This document shows positions 48,179-58,077 of a stretch of DNA of 64,000 nucleotides, one piece after another. Position numbers and translations under genes: made by a program. This DNA is from Nitrospirota bacterium (GTDB taxonomy: Bacteria > Nitrospirota > Thermodesulfovibrionia > UBA6902 > JAJYJJ01), in the NCBI GenBank assembly GCA_021789595.1, contig JAJYJJ010000004.1:66617-130616 (forward strand), read 5' to 3'. Each line of letters opens with the position of its first letter. Position 1 is the first letter of the stretch. The notes under the pieces are model-generated. The model saw only the letters and a program-made list of their open reading frames with translations, did no database searches and was not told the origin of the DNA.

Positions 48179-49463
48179 CTACCTGTTGAGGGACGGCCTC
48201 TGCTATAAGGTCATATTCCTGCGCCTCTGTTATCCTGACCTTTACAATATCTCCAACACTTAATCCATCTGCATTCTTCAAAAAGGTCACACCATCGATC
48301 TCAGGGGCCTGCCCCATGGTCCTTGCCATGGAATAATCTCCGTCAGCCTCATCTATCAGAACCTCCATTGTTTTACCGATGAATGACCTATTCCTTTTTA
48401 AGGAGATGTTTGCCTGCATCTCCATTATCATGTTGCGCCTTTTCTCCTTTATTGCCTGTGATACATGTCCGCTCATATTTTTGGCAGGGGTTCCATCCTC
48501 CTTTGAATAGGTAAAGACGCCGAGACGGTCAAATTCAGCATCCCTGATAAAATCCGTAAGACCCTGGAATTCCTTTTCTCCCTCTGTAGGAAACCCTACC
48601 ATAATAGATGTCCTCAGGATTATATCCGGTATTGCCTTGCGCAGCCTTTGTATCAACCTCATATATTCCTGTCTTCCACCTCTTCTGCCCATCTGCCTTA
48701 AAATAGATTCCTCGCTGTGCTGAATAGGGATATCCATATACTTACAGATATTCTTTCTGGATGCAATTACAGCAATGAGCTCATCTGTGATAGATGTTGG
48801 ATATGTGTAGAGCAGCCTTATCCATTTTATGCCGTCAATATCCGAGATCCTTTCTAAAAGGCTCGGAAGGGCATTTTTTATCTTGAGGTCTGTGCCGTAG
48901 CTTGTTGTATCCTGTGCAACAAGTATAACCTCATTTACACCGCCTTTTACAATGGCCTGGGCCTCCTTTACAATCTCATCTAACATGCGGCTTTTATAGG
49001 GTCCCCTGATGGATGGGATTACACAGTAGGTACAGCCCCTGTTACAGCCCTCTGCAATCTTTAGATATGCATAATGCAGAGGATTTAATAGAACCCTCTT
49101 GCTTCTTCTAATCCTGCTTTTTTTATCCCCTTTTAACAGAGAGACGATCCTGTCCTCATCACCTACGCCGAATATATTGTCTATCTCAGGCACCTCCTTT
49201 AAGAGTTTATCGCCATATCTTTGGGCAAGGCACCCAAAGACTATGAGCCTTCTGCCGCCTTTAATGCTTGATGCCTCAAGGATGCCGTTGATAGATTCCC
49301 TTTTTGCATCATCTATGAACCCACAGGTGTTTATGAGGATTGCATCTGCCTTATCAGGGGCATCTGTATACTCAATGCCTTCGCTTTTAAGCAGACCAAG
49401 GAGTTTCTCAGAGTCTACCTGGTTTTTTGGACAGCCAAAGCTTATAAGGTTAACCCTGCTCAT
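48129..49463 (-). CDS. rimO: ribosomal protein S12 methylthiotransferase RimO (MiaB/RimO radical SAM MTTase family)
   Basis: N-terminal 'VNLISFGCPKNQVDSE' MTTase domain, radical SAM 'CNRGCTYC', C-terminal TRAM-like region. Confidence 0.75.
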   Translation of the reverse strand: MSRVNLISFGCPKNQVDSEKLLGLLKSEGIEYTDAPDKADAILINTCGFIDDAKRESINGILEASSIKGGRRLIVFGCLAQRYGDKLLKEVPEIDNIFGVGDEDRIVSLLKGDKKSRIRRSKRVLLNPLHYAYLKIAEGCNRGCTYCVIPSIRGPYKSRMLDEIVKEAQAIVKGGVNEVILVAQDTTSYGTDLKIKNALPSLLERISDIDGIKWIRLLYTYPTSITDELIAVIASRKNICKYMDIPIQHSEESILRQMGRRGGRQEYMRLIQRLRKAIPDIILRTSIMVGFPTEGEKEFQGLTDFIRDAEFDRLGVFTYSKEDGTPAKNMSGHVSQAIKEKRRNMIMEMQANISLKRNRSFIGKTMEVLIDEADGDYSMARTMGQAPEIDGVTFLKNADGLSVGDIVKVRITEAQEYDLIAEAVPQQVVDRKFQATSGYREKRG

Positions 49464-49905
49464 GTTTCCTGATGCTGCGGTATTTTACAACAGCCCTGTA
49501 GATGAGGGGATAGCTCGCTATAGAGACCAGAATCCCAAGGATTATGGAGCCTACGAATGTTGGAAGAAATAGGGTTTTGAAATGTTCAAACAATGTAGTG
49601 AGATCTATGCTGTACCAATTTATTTTCGGAAGCCTCTTTGTTATTCCCAATAGCTTCTTTCCAATCCAGTAATCCAGTGTAAGGATTGGCACCATTGTCC
49701 ATGGGTTAGAGATATAGGCACCTATTATGGATGCAAGCTTATTGAGCCTGAACACCCATGCAATAAGAAGTGCTACTATCGTATGCGCTCCTATAAATGG
49801 GCTCATCCCTATAAATGCACCAATGGCAAATGCAAGGGCAATCTTATGAGGCGGGTCTGTTAATGCAAGCATGGCCCTTAATCGTTCTCTGAGGTTTATC
49901 CTCAT
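49450..49905 (-). CDS. DUF2062-family membrane protein
   Basis: 'PPHKIALAFAIGAFIGMSPFIGAHTIVALLIAWVFRLNKLASIIGAYISNPWT' matches the DUF2062 pattern. Confidence 0.5.
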   Translation of the reverse strand: MRINLRERLRAMLALTDPPHKIALAFAIGAFIGMSPFIGAHTIVALLIAWVFRLNKLASIIGAYISNPWTMVPILTLDYWIGKKLLGITKRLPKINWYSIDLTTLFEHFKTLFLPTFVGSIILGILVSIASYPLIYRAVVKYRSIRKHEQG

Positions 49906-50934
49906 CTATCTCCTATCCCTGTTTCTATACCCTGCTGTCCTTTGTTTTCGGGTATGCGGTTTGAAGTGTTCGTAGCCTTCTGCCTCAAAGAACCTTTCCA
50001 TGCCATATTTATCAATGGCAACCCTTCCGCCCTGTGTTATCTCACCAATAATGGTTGCATCTACCTTTGAATCCATTGGAGCTGTAAAGAGCAGCTCATA
50101 GTCCTCTCCTCCGCTTAAGGCAAGTTCTACAGCATCACGGCCTGATATCCCCTCCCACTCCATGACCTCATCTGATAGAGGTATCTTATCAAGGTACAAC
50201 CTATATCCCACATGGCTCTCATCGCATATGTGCGAAAGGTCTATGAGCAGGCCGTCACTGATATCTATCATAGATGTTGCAACTGCTATGTAGGCCGATG
50301 GATCCCTTGGCTCGGGCATGAGGTGCCGCTTTATGGATGAGAAAAACCTCTTCCCTGAGATTACAGCACCTTTTCCATGCTCAACCCTCACATGCCTGCC
50401 GAGCTTCTCCAATATCCTCAGGCCGAGGGCTGAATCTCCGAGGGTTCCGGTCACAAAGATGCCGTCGCCTATCCTTGCATTGCAGCGCCTCAATGCCCTT
50501 TGCACCTCTCCAATAAGTGTCCCGCTGATAATAACCCCTTCCTTAGATTCGCATGTATCTCCGCCGATAAGGGATATCCCCTTTTCCCTGGCAAGCATAT
50601 CCATCCCGGCAAGCAGGCTGTCAAGATCCTCCTTCATATAATCACCTGGAAGACCAAGCCCGAGGAGGAAAAACCTTGGAGTCCCTCCCATTGCATAGAT
50701 GTCACTTATGTTTACAGCAAGACTCTTATAGCCAAGCTGAAAAGGGGTGGTGGTATCTATTGAAAAATGTATCCCCTCGATGAGCATGTCAACCGTGACC
50801 AGGAGGTTTTTACCAGAGGTTTTTATTATAGCAGCATCATCCCCTATACCAAGAATGATGTCATTCGTCCTGGTATTAAAAGACTCCTGTATCTGTCTTA
50901 TAACGGAAAATTCTCCTATGCTGGAGAGTCTCAT
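49906..50934 (-). CDS. thiL: thiamine-monophosphate kinase
   Basis: 'GEFSVIRQI...GIGDDAAII' N-terminus and AIR-synthase-related fold. Confidence 0.8.
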   Translation of the reverse strand: MRLSSIGEFSVIRQIQESFNTRTNDIILGIGDDAAIIKTSGKNLLVTVDMLIEGIHFSIDTTTPFQLGYKSLAVNISDIYAMGGTPRFFLLGLGLPGDYMKEDLDSLLAGMDMLAREKGISLIGGDTCESKEGVIISGTLIGEVQRALRRCNARIGDGIFVTGTLGDSALGLRILEKLGRHVRVEHGKGAVISGKRFFSSIKRHLMPEPRDPSAYIAVATSMIDISDGLLIDLSHICDESHVGYRLYLDKIPLSDEVMEWEGISGRDAVELALSGGEDYELLFTAPMDSKVDATIIGEITQGGRVAIDKYGMERFFEAEGYEHFKPHTRKQRTAGYRNRDRR

Positions 50935-50957
50935 TTTATATTAACGGTTCTTGACAT

Positions 50958-53333
50958 CTATGGCCCATCATTTCTTGATGCCTTTTTTGAATTTTTCTTA
51001 AGCGCTGCCTTAAGGACATCATCCATAGTCTCTGCGAGGATGAATTCCATATCCTTTCTTATGTATTTCGGGATATCCTCAAGGTCCTTCTTGTTCCTTT
51101 TTGGGATTATAATCCTTCGTATCCCTGCCCTCTTTGCAGCAAGGCTCTTTTCCTTTAGCCCGCCTATGGGTAAAACCCTTCCCCTTAGAGTAACCTCGCC
51201 GGTCATTGCAATATCCTTGTCAACAGACCTGCCTGTAAGCGCTGATGCAAGGGCAGTTGCTATGGTTATTCCTGCGGATGGGCCGTCCTTTGGTATTGCT
51301 CCAGCAGGTACATGCACATGGATATCACTCCGTGAGAACATATCCACATTTATGCCGAGGTTTTTTGCCCTTGCCCGTACGTAGCTTAATGCTGCCTGTG
51401 CAGATTCCTTCATCACATCGCCAAGGTGCCCGGTAAGGGTCAGATGCCCCTTCCCCTTCATTGTGGTTGCTTCAATGTAGATTATATCTCCGCCTGACTC
51501 TGTCCATGCAAGCCCTGTGGCAACACCAACCTCGTCCTTTTCCCTTTCCTCCTCAGGAAGAAATTTAGGCACCCCAAGATACTTATGAAGGTTTCGGGGC
51601 GTAATGTGGTAGGTTATCTCTTTGCCCTCTGCTATCCTCCTTGCAACCTTTCTGCAGAGGTTTGCTATCTCCCTTTCGAGGTTTCTTACCCCTGCTTCCC
51701 GTGTGTACTGGGATATTATATGTTTGAGTGCCTCATCCGTTATCTTCAGATTCTTATCGCTCAGTCCGTGCTCTTCAAGCTGTTTCGAGATGAGGTAGTT
51801 TTTTGCAATGCCGAGCTTCTCTTCCTCTGTATAACCTGACAGGGTTATTATCTCCATCCTGTCCCTTAGAGGTGATGGTATTGGGTCTATAAGATTGCCT
51901 GTTGTTATGAACATGACATTGCTCAGGTCAAAGGGAACACCCAGGTAGTGGTCAACGAATGCAGAGTTCTGCTCGGGGTCAAGGACCTCAAGCAGGGCCG
52001 ATGCCGGGTCGCCCCTGAAGTCCATTCCTATCTTATCCACCTCATCAAGCATTAAAACAGGGTTGTTTGTGCCTGCGGTCTTTATGCCCTGGATTATCCT
52101 TCCTGGGAGTGCACCGACATATGTCCTTCTATGTCCCCTTATCTCTGCCTCATCCTTCATGCCTCCAAGGGACATCCTTACAAACTCCCTTCCCAATGCC
52201 CTTGCGATTGAGCGGCCAAGGGATGTCTTGCCAACCCCTGGGGGACCTATGAAACAGAGGATCGGACCTTTCATTTTTTCCTTGAGCTTTCTTACCCCAA
52301 GGTATTCGAGGATCCTCTCCTTTACCTTTTCAAGGTCGTAATGGTCATCGTCAAGGACCTTTTTTGCTGTCTTGAGGTCAATGTTATCCTTTGTACTCTT
52401 TGACCACGGCAACTCAACAAGCCAGTCTATATATGTCCTTATGGTGGCAGCCTCTGCAGAATCAGGATGCATCTTTTCAAGGCGCTTCAACTGTTTTTCT
52501 GCCTCCTTCTGCACCTTTTCTGGCATCTTGGCCTCTTCCATCTTGTTCCTCATATCCTGTATATCCTCGGCCCTTTCGTCTATCTCGCCAAGCTCCTTCT
52601 GTATTGCCTTGAGCTGCTCGCGCAGGAAGTATTCTCTCTGGGTTTTGTCTATCTCGCCCCGCGCCTCTGATTGGATCTTCTGCTGTACAAGTAAAAGCTC
52701 TACCTCTCTGTTGAGTATTTCGCTTATCTTTTTGAGCCTTGCCAGGGGGTCGGACATCTCGAGGACCTCCTGTGCCTGTTCTGCCTTCAGTCCAAGGTTT
52801 GATGCAACGAGGTCAGCCATGCGGCCTGGCTCGTCGAGGTTTTCTATGACCACCATTATATCAGGCAGCATGGCCTTGCCGAGGGTCACTGTCTTATCGA
52901 GATTTTCCTTTACATTACGCATTAGCGCCTCTGCCTCCAGAGTAAGCTCTGGAAGCTTAGGGTCGATGATCTTCTCTATGTTTCCCATATAGAAGGGTTC
53001 TCTCTGTGTGTAGTTCAGGATTCTTGCCTTTGCAAGGCCCTGTACCAATATCTTTATCCTGCCATCAGGCAGTTTCAGCATCCTCATTATCAGGCCGACA
53101 GTGCCTACAGCATAGAGATCCTCTGGAGCAGGGTTTTCTATATTCAGGTCTTTCTGTGTTACAAGCATGACCATCCTGTTACCGGAAAGGGCGCTGTCAA
53201 TGGCCTTTATTGACATGTCCCTGCCCACAAAGAGCGGCAGGATCATATAGGGGAAAATGACTATATCCCTTACGGGTAAGATGGGTAGTTGCCCTGGTAT
53301 CTCGGTTTGTTCGTCTTTATCTATATCTGCCAT
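50958..53333 (-). CDS. lon: ATP-dependent protease Lon
   Basis: LON N-domain, AAA+ Walker A '[15 protein letters not shown]', proteolytic Ser-Lys dyad region '[15 protein letters not shown]'. Confidence 0.95.
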   Translation of the reverse strand: MADIDKDEQTEIPGQLPILPVRDIVIFPYMILPLFVGRDMSIKAIDSALSGNRMVMLVTQKDLNIENPAPEDLYAVGTVGLIMRMLKLPDGRIKILVQGLAKARILNYTQREPFYMGNIEKIIDPKLPELTLEAEALMRNVKENLDKTVTLGKAMLPDIMVVIENLDEPGRMADLVASNLGLKAEQAQEVLEMSDPLARLKKISEILNREVELLLVQQKIQSEARGEIDKTQREYFLREQLKAIQKELGEIDERAEDIQDMRNKMEEAKMPEKVQKEAEKQLKRLEKMHPDSAEAATIRTYIDWLVELPWSKSTKDNIDLKTAKKVLDDDHYDLEKVKERILEYLGVRKLKEKMKGPILCFIGPPGVGKTSLGRSIARALGREFVRMSLGGMKDEAEIRGHRRTYVGALPGRIIQGIKTAGTNNPVLMLDEVDKIGMDFRGDPASALLEVLDPEQNSAFVDHYLGVPFDLSNVMFITTGNLIDPIPSPLRDRMEIITLSGYTEEEKLGIAKNYLISKQLEEHGLSDKNLKITDEALKHIISQYTREAGVRNLEREIANLCRKVARRIAEGKEITYHITPRNLHKYLGVPKFLPEEEREKDEVGVATGLAWTESGGDIIYIEATTMKGKGHLTLTGHLGDVMKESAQAALSYVRARAKNLGINVDMFSRSDIHVHVPAGAIPKDGPSAGITIATALASALTGRSVDKDIAMTGEVTLRGRVLPIGGLKEKSLAAKRAGIRRIIIPKRNKKDLEDIPKYIRKDMEFILAETMDDVLKAALKKNSKKASRNDGP

Positions 53334-53353
53334 AAAACCTCCTCGGAACTATT

Positions 53354-53731
53354 TTACTGTTTTTCTATATCGATCTTTATAATCCTGTGGATTGCTTTTG
53401 GAAAATTTATCCTCAGGACGCCATCGATGTAAGAGGCCTTTCCTTCAGACAGGTTTACAGGATGTGGAAACCGTATAATCCTCCGAAAACTCTCGAACGA
53501 CCTCTCCATACATATATAGTTGAGCCTTTTTTCTTCTGCCTTTTCTCTTTTTATTCCTTCAAGCATAAGGAATTCGTTTGCAACCTTTATTGATATATCA
53601 TCAGGCTCTACACCAGGCAGGTCGACCTCTATAACAATCTCATCTGTCGTCTCATAGAGGTCAATCAGCGGTGTACCTGTATCACCCATCATAAATGGAT
53701 AGGACAATATATTCTCAATAATCCATTCCAC
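53354..53731 (-). CDS. Hsp20/alpha-crystallin family small heat-shock protein
   Basis: Alpha-crystallin domain 'EIVIEVDLPGVEPDDISIKV'. Confidence 0.85.
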   Translation of the reverse strand: MEWIIENILSYPFMMGDTGTPLIDLYETTDEIVIEVDLPGVEPDDISIKVANEFLMLEGIKREKAEEKRLNYICMERSFESFRRIIRFPHPVNLSEGKASYIDGVLRINFPKAIHRIIKIDIEKQ

Positions 53732-54606
53732 TATGTCCCCCTGACAATAGAATCAAGGTGTCTTCTGAACGGCACAGAGAGTTTTGGATCCTTGAGGGCA
53801 AGCTCGACAGTGGCCTTCAGGAATCCGAGTTTATCCCCTGCATCATAGCGTTTACCCTTAAATAGATAACCGTATAACGGTATTCTACCCATAATGGCCT
53901 TAAGTCCATCTGTAAGTTGTATCTCGCCATCCTTCCCTGACTGGACAGACTGAAGCGCATCAAATATATCAGGAGTAAGGATGTATCTGCCTATGATTGC
54001 GAGGTTTGACGGTGCATCCTTCTTATGCGGTTTTTCCACAAGGTCTTTGATCCTGAAAAGCCCATCCTCTATCTCCTCTCCTTTTTCTATAATACCGTAT
54101 CTATGGACATCGTCTTCTGGCACGGCCTCAAGTGCAATAACAGGACAGAGAAGCCTATCATATATGGAGATCATCCGGCCAAGAAGGTTATCATCCGGGT
54201 CTATTATATCATCGCTTAACAGCACTGCAAACGGTTCATCCTTCACAAACGGCCTTGCACAGAGGATGGCATGGCCGAGGCCGAGGGGATGCCTCTGTCT
54301 TATGTATGCAAAGTTCAGGTGGTTGAGCCTTTGCACCTCTTCAAGGAGGGCGTCCTTCCCTTTCTTTCTCAGGTTCTCCTCGAGTTCGAATGCAGAGTCG
54401 AAATGGTCCTCGATCGCCCGCTTATATTTGCCTGTAATAAACAGGAATTCCTCTAAGCCGCAGCGATTGGCCTCTTCAACAGCATACTGTATCATAGGCT
54501 TATCTACTACTGGCAGCATCTCTTTCGGAGAGGCCTTGGTCGCTGGCAGAAACCTTGTGCCAAGACCTGCTGCAGGCAGTATCGCTTTTTTAACCCTTTT
54601 CTCCAA
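53731..54606 (-). CDS. galU: UTP--glucose-1-phosphate uridylyltransferase
   Basis: 'KAILPAAGLGTRFLPATKASPKEMLPVVDKPMIQY' GalU N-terminal signature. Confidence 0.85.
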   Translation of the reverse strand: MEKRVKKAILPAAGLGTRFLPATKASPKEMLPVVDKPMIQYAVEEANRCGLEEFLFITGKYKRAIEDHFDSAFELEENLRKKGKDALLEEVQRLNHLNFAYIRQRHPLGLGHAILCARPFVKDEPFAVLLSDDIIDPDDNLLGRMISIYDRLLCPVIALEAVPEDDVHRYGIIEKGEEIEDGLFRIKDLVEKPHKKDAPSNLAIIGRYILTPDIFDALQSVQSGKDGEIQLTDGLKAIMGRIPLYGYLFKGKRYDAGDKLGFLKATVELALKDPKLSVPFRRHLDSIVRGT

Positions 54607-54973
54607 GAAGCTCCTCGAGTGATAAGATTCCTGTCAGGTTTGACCCTAAAAACCATAGATATTATAGCACAAACCAGGGCAGATAAGCCTAAGATAAAAT
54701 ACTATCCCATTAGAGCCCTGTTAGGTAGACGTATGTTAAGCAGATGACAGTACTGCCGTGTCTGAAGGTATAGGGATGGGCACTTTACTAATGCGGTCAT
54801 AAGTAAGAAGACATTACCAGTCCTTTTCTGTCATTGCGGCTTGTCCGCAATCCTTCTGAAAAAGAAAGATTCCCGACAAGCGGGAATGACACTCATGTTA
54901 CCATACTTATGCACTTCTTAGTAACTACTAAATTTGTGTTAAAATGTCTTATGCGAAAGGATGAAGGGTATTC

Positions 54974-56119
54974 GTGTTTGACAGAGAGCTTGATGAATTA
55001 AGGGTTGCGGGCCTTTCGAGGGAGCTAAGGTCAATCTCTGGAGCACAGGGCCCAAGGGTTGTAATAAACAGCAGGCAATACATCAACTTTTCCTCCAATG
55101 ATTATCTCGGCCTTGCAAACCATCCCGGCATAATCAAGGCTGCAAAAAAGGCAATGGAGGATTTTGGTTTTGGCGCATGTGCATCGAGGCTCCTTGCAGG
55201 GGGAAGTATAGTGCATAAGGAGCTTGAAGAGGAGGTTGCAAGGTTCAAACGCACAGAGGCTGCAATTGTCTTTAACTCAGGCTATGCAGCCAACACAGGC
55301 GCAATCCCATCCATTGCAAGGGATGGAGATGCCATATTCAGCGATGAGCTAAACCACGCAAGTATTATAGATGGCTGCAGATTGAGCAGGGCAAAGACCT
55401 ATGTTTACCGACACAGGGATGTAGAAAATCTTGCCGGGCTATTACAGGACACATCAGCGAAACGGAAGGTTGTGATAACCGATACTGTCTTCAGCATGGA
55501 CGGAGATATTGCACCGCTCAAAGACATCTATGGGCTATGCAGAAAACACAGTGCCATACTATACATTGACGATGCACATGGAACCGGTACAATTGGAGAC
55601 GGCATGGGCGCCCTCACACATTTTAATATTAAGCCAGAGCCGTGGATAATCCAGATGGGCACATTTTCAAAGGCACTTGGCTCATACGGTGCATTCATAG
55701 CCGGCAGTAAGGATGTCATAGAGTGGATTGTTAATACCGCAAGGAGTTTTATATTCTCAACTGCCCTACCTTCATGTATAGCATCTGCATCCATTGCAGC
55801 ATTAAAACTTATAGAAAACGATGATAGGCCAGTAAAAAAACTGTGGGCAAACAGGGATAAGCTCATCAGTGGAATTAAGGATAGAGGCTATGACATCATG
55901 GGAAGCGAGACGCCGATCATACCAGTCATGACTGGAGATATAGATAGTACGCTGAGGATTTCAGACTATCTCTTCAGTAATGGCATATATGCCCCTGCCA
56001 TAAGACCGCCTACTGTAACGGCCCCAAGGATAAGGATAACCGTGACGGCAGCTCACAGCGATGAGGATATTGAAGGGCTTTTAGATGCATTACAAGGGAT
56101 TGGCAGTTATCGGGTTTAG
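54974..56119 (+). CDS. bioF: 8-amino-7-oxononanoate synthase / 2-amino-3-ketobutyrate CoA ligase family (class II aminotransferase)
   Basis: PLP-lysine region 'GTFSKALGSYGAFIAGS'. 381 aa, closer to BioF length than Kbl. GTG start. Confidence 0.7.
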   Translation: MFDRELDELRVAGLSRELRSISGAQGPRVVINSRQYINFSSNDYLGLANHPGIIKAAKKAMEDFGFGACASRLLAGGSIVHKELEEEVARFKRTEAAIVFNSGYAANTGAIPSIARDGDAIFSDELNHASIIDGCRLSRAKTYVYRHRDVENLAGLLQDTSAKRKVVITDTVFSMDGDIAPLKDIYGLCRKHSAILYIDDAHGTGTIGDGMGALTHFNIKPEPWIIQMGTFSKALGSYGAFIAGSKDVIEWIVNTARSFIFSTALPSCIASASIAALKLIENDDRPVKKLWANRDKLISGIKDRGYDIMGSETPIIPVMTGDIDSTLRISDYLFSNGIYAPAIRPPTVTAPRIRITVTAAHSDEDIEGLLDALQGIGSYRV

Positions 56120-56157
56120 TGGTAATATTTAGATTATAAAAACAAGGAGGGGATCTT

Positions 56158-56646
56158 ATGAACGAGGCAGTTGAGACAGCCATAAAGATGGAGACAGATG
56201 CAGTAGCCTTTTATAAGGATGCTGCTGAAAAGACAGAACATCCATTCGGCAGGAAGATGTTCAGCAGCTTTATACTGGATGAGACAAGACACCTCAAGAT
56301 GTTAGAGGCCATTTTAAAAGGGCTTGACATCACGATAGGAGATGTTAGCCCAAAGGAGTCTATAAAAACAGTGTTCTCTGAACTCAGAGGCGAGATGCTT
56401 GAAAGAATCCATGCGACCACAAACGAGCTTGATGCAATCAGGCTTGCAATGGACATGGAGGACAGGGGATTCAAATTCTATAAGATGCAGAGTGAGAAGC
56501 TTACAGACCCGAAGGAGAAGGCCCTTTTCATCAGGCTTACAAAAGAGGAGGAGGAACACTTTAACATATTACAGAATACCTATTCCTTTATCAATAATAT
56601 AGGGGATTGGTTTTTGTGGGAGGAAAGGGGAATACTCGAGGGTTGA
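56158..56646 (+). CDS. rubrerythrin-like ferritin-fold diiron protein (no rubredoxin domain)
   Basis: Two ExxH motifs ('DETRH', 'EEEEH') in a four-helix pattern. Confidence 0.55.
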   Translation: MNEAVETAIKMETDAVAFYKDAAEKTEHPFGRKMFSSFILDETRHLKMLEAILKGLDITIGDVSPKESIKTVFSELRGEMLERIHATTNELDAIRLAMDMEDRGFKFYKMQSEKLTDPKEKALFIRLTKEEEEHFNILQNTYSFINNIGDWFLWEERGILEG

Positions 56647-56817
56647 TGGAGGAGCCATCTTAATTTTGAAAGATCGACTAATGAAACACACATGTTTCAT
56701 AGAGACACAAAGGGTAATGAAAATCTCCCCTAACCCCTCTTTTTCAAAGAGGGGGATATTAGAAGGAACTCCAATTATTCCCCCCTTTAACAAAGGGGGG
56801 CGAGGGGGGATTTTCAG

Positions 56818-57399
56818 GTGAAAATACTGGCATTTCAGGGCAGCCCGAGGATAGAAGGCAATACAGACATGCTCCTGAAAGAGACATTAAAGCCGGTATA
56901 CGAATCAGGGCATGAGATCAGGTTATTCAAGCTCAATTACATGAACATAAAGCCCTGTCAGGACTGCAGTGGATGCGACAAAACAGGTGAATGCATAATA
57001 AATGATGACATGGATGGAATATATGACGCAATCAGGGAGGCCGACAGGATAATCCTCGCCTCCCCAATCTTTTTCTTTGGTCTCAGCGCACAGTCAAAGA
57101 TAATGATAGACAGATGTCAGGCATTCTGGTGCGAGAAATATCTGTTAAAAAGACCTATCCCTGAAGGTCGCTATGGAAGAAAGGGGCTTTTACTGCTTGT
57201 TGGGGGGATGAAGAAAGAGATAGGGATTCAATGTGCAGAGACAACTGCAAAGGCATTCTTCAGAACCATAAGCGTGTCTGAACATTCTACGCTGAGTTTT
57301 CTTGGCATAGATGTAAAGGGTGCAATACTTCAGCATCCAACAGCATTAAAGGACGCCTGTTCGGCAGGGAAGCGGCTTATCCATCTTTCCTTTGAGTGA
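56818..57399 (+). CDS. iron-sulfur flavoprotein (Isf) / NADPH-dependent FMN reductase family
   Basis: Flavodoxin-like 'MKILAFQGSPRIEGNT' and the compact Cys motif 'CQDCSGCDKTGEC' typical of Isf proteins. Confidence 0.7.
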   Translation: MKILAFQGSPRIEGNTDMLLKETLKPVYESGHEIRLFKLNYMNIKPCQDCSGCDKTGECIINDDMDGIYDAIREADRIILASPIFFFGLSAQSKIMIDRCQAFWCEKYLLKRPIPEGRYGRKGLLLLVGGMKKEIGIQCAETTAKAFFRTISVSEHSTLSFLGIDVKGAILQHPTALKDACSAGKRLIHLSFE

Positions 57400-57432
57400 T
57401 AGTAGGTATAAAGAAGGGATTAAGAAATAGAT

Positions 57433-57465
57433 CACTGGCGGGAATGCTGTCATTCCCGCCAGTGG
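57433..57465. terminator. GC-rich inverted repeat between convergent genes (possible bidirectional terminator)
   Basis: CACTGGCGGGAATG-CTGTC-CATTCCCGCCAGTG. 14-bp perfect stem. No strong U-tract on either side. Confidence 0.4.
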
Positions 57466-57492
57466 TGAGTGGAATCCGAACGACCGACCGCA

Positions 57493-57813
57493 TCAGCCTC
57501 CGATGTAACCCCCGGAAACTGGCTCCTTTTCGAGCGGCTCTTTCTGCACACCTACGGAAGCTGTCCTTTCGACATCACTGGCGTACCCGGTCCAGTCAAA
57601 TGGGCAGACTTTCGTCAGTATCTCCAGCTTCCAGTCGATAAAGTTGACGATCTCGCGGAAATGTGGGATATGGGATTTCAGTATGTCCTTCTCGGACCCT
57701 GTCATCTGTTCGATTTCTGTCACAAAGCCAAGCAACCTTGACTTCATGCCGGAAAGTTCTTTGTACATTGAATCGCAGTAGTTCCTGAATCCTATGTCTT
57801 TTGCACTCACCAT
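57493..57813 (-). CDS. hypothetical protein (106 aa, no recognisable domain)
   Basis: ATG at 57813 with GGAGG 5 nt upstream. The ORF-track start at 57903 runs through the leader terminator hairpin and is rejected. Confidence 0.5.
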   Translation of the reverse strand: MVSAKDIGFRNYCDSMYKELSGMKSRLLGFVTEIEQMTGSEKDILKSHIPHFREIVNFIDWKLEILTKVCPFDWTGYASDVERTASVGVQKEPLEKEPVSGGYIGG

Positions 57814-57846
57814 AGTTGCCTCCTTTCCCTTGGCCACAAAGGCCTG

Positions 57847-57900
57847 ATAATAAAAAACCGAGCATGCCGAAGATTTCTGTGAATCCTTCGGCAACTCGGC
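57847..57900 (-). terminator. intrinsic terminator / attenuator within the 5' leader of the 57813 gene
   Basis: Minus-strand hairpin CCGAG-TTG-CCGAAGG...CCTTCGG-CATG-CTCGG followed by TTTTTTATT. Ends about 24 nt upstream of the ribosome-binding site. Confidence 0.5.
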
Positions 57901-57989
57901 CATGCTGAAACCTGTTCAGCACCCGCCGCTTTCCGCCCCCCTCTTTCGAGGGTTTAGCTTTTTCGGGAAGAGCACATCTTCTTAAAACT

Positions 57990-58018
57990 ATTTTAACTCT
58001 CTTCTTCGACACTGTCAA
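57990..58018 (-). promoter_or_regulatory. strong sigma70-type promoter (TTGACA, 17 nt spacer, TAAAAT) driving the leader RNA and the 57813 gene
   Basis: Consensus -35 and near-consensus -10 with a 17-nt spacer. An AT-rich tandem 'AACTTATAAAAAT' x2 lies immediately upstream (UP-element-like). Confidence 0.5.
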
Positions 58019-58077
58019 CTATTTTTATAAGTTATTTTTATAAGTTAAAGACATTTACGACATTCCTCTATTTTCGA

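Noticed and set aside
52372-52992. 206-aa Ser/Cys-rich plus-strand ORF opposite lon
   Set aside because: It is the antisense reading of the Lys/Glu-rich lon coding sequence. It is low complexity and not independent.
57814-57903. Longer N-terminus (MAELPKDSQKSSAC...) for the 57493 gene
   Set aside because: The extension is encoded by the terminator hairpin and U-tract of the leader. The ATG at 57813 has a perfect GGAGG RBS.
58031-58056. Direct repeat ATTTTTATAAGTT x2, a possible mobile-element end
   Set aside because: Only two AT-rich copies sit immediately upstream of a consensus -35 box. This is more plausibly a UP element or regulator half-sites than an IS terminus. No transposase is nearby.
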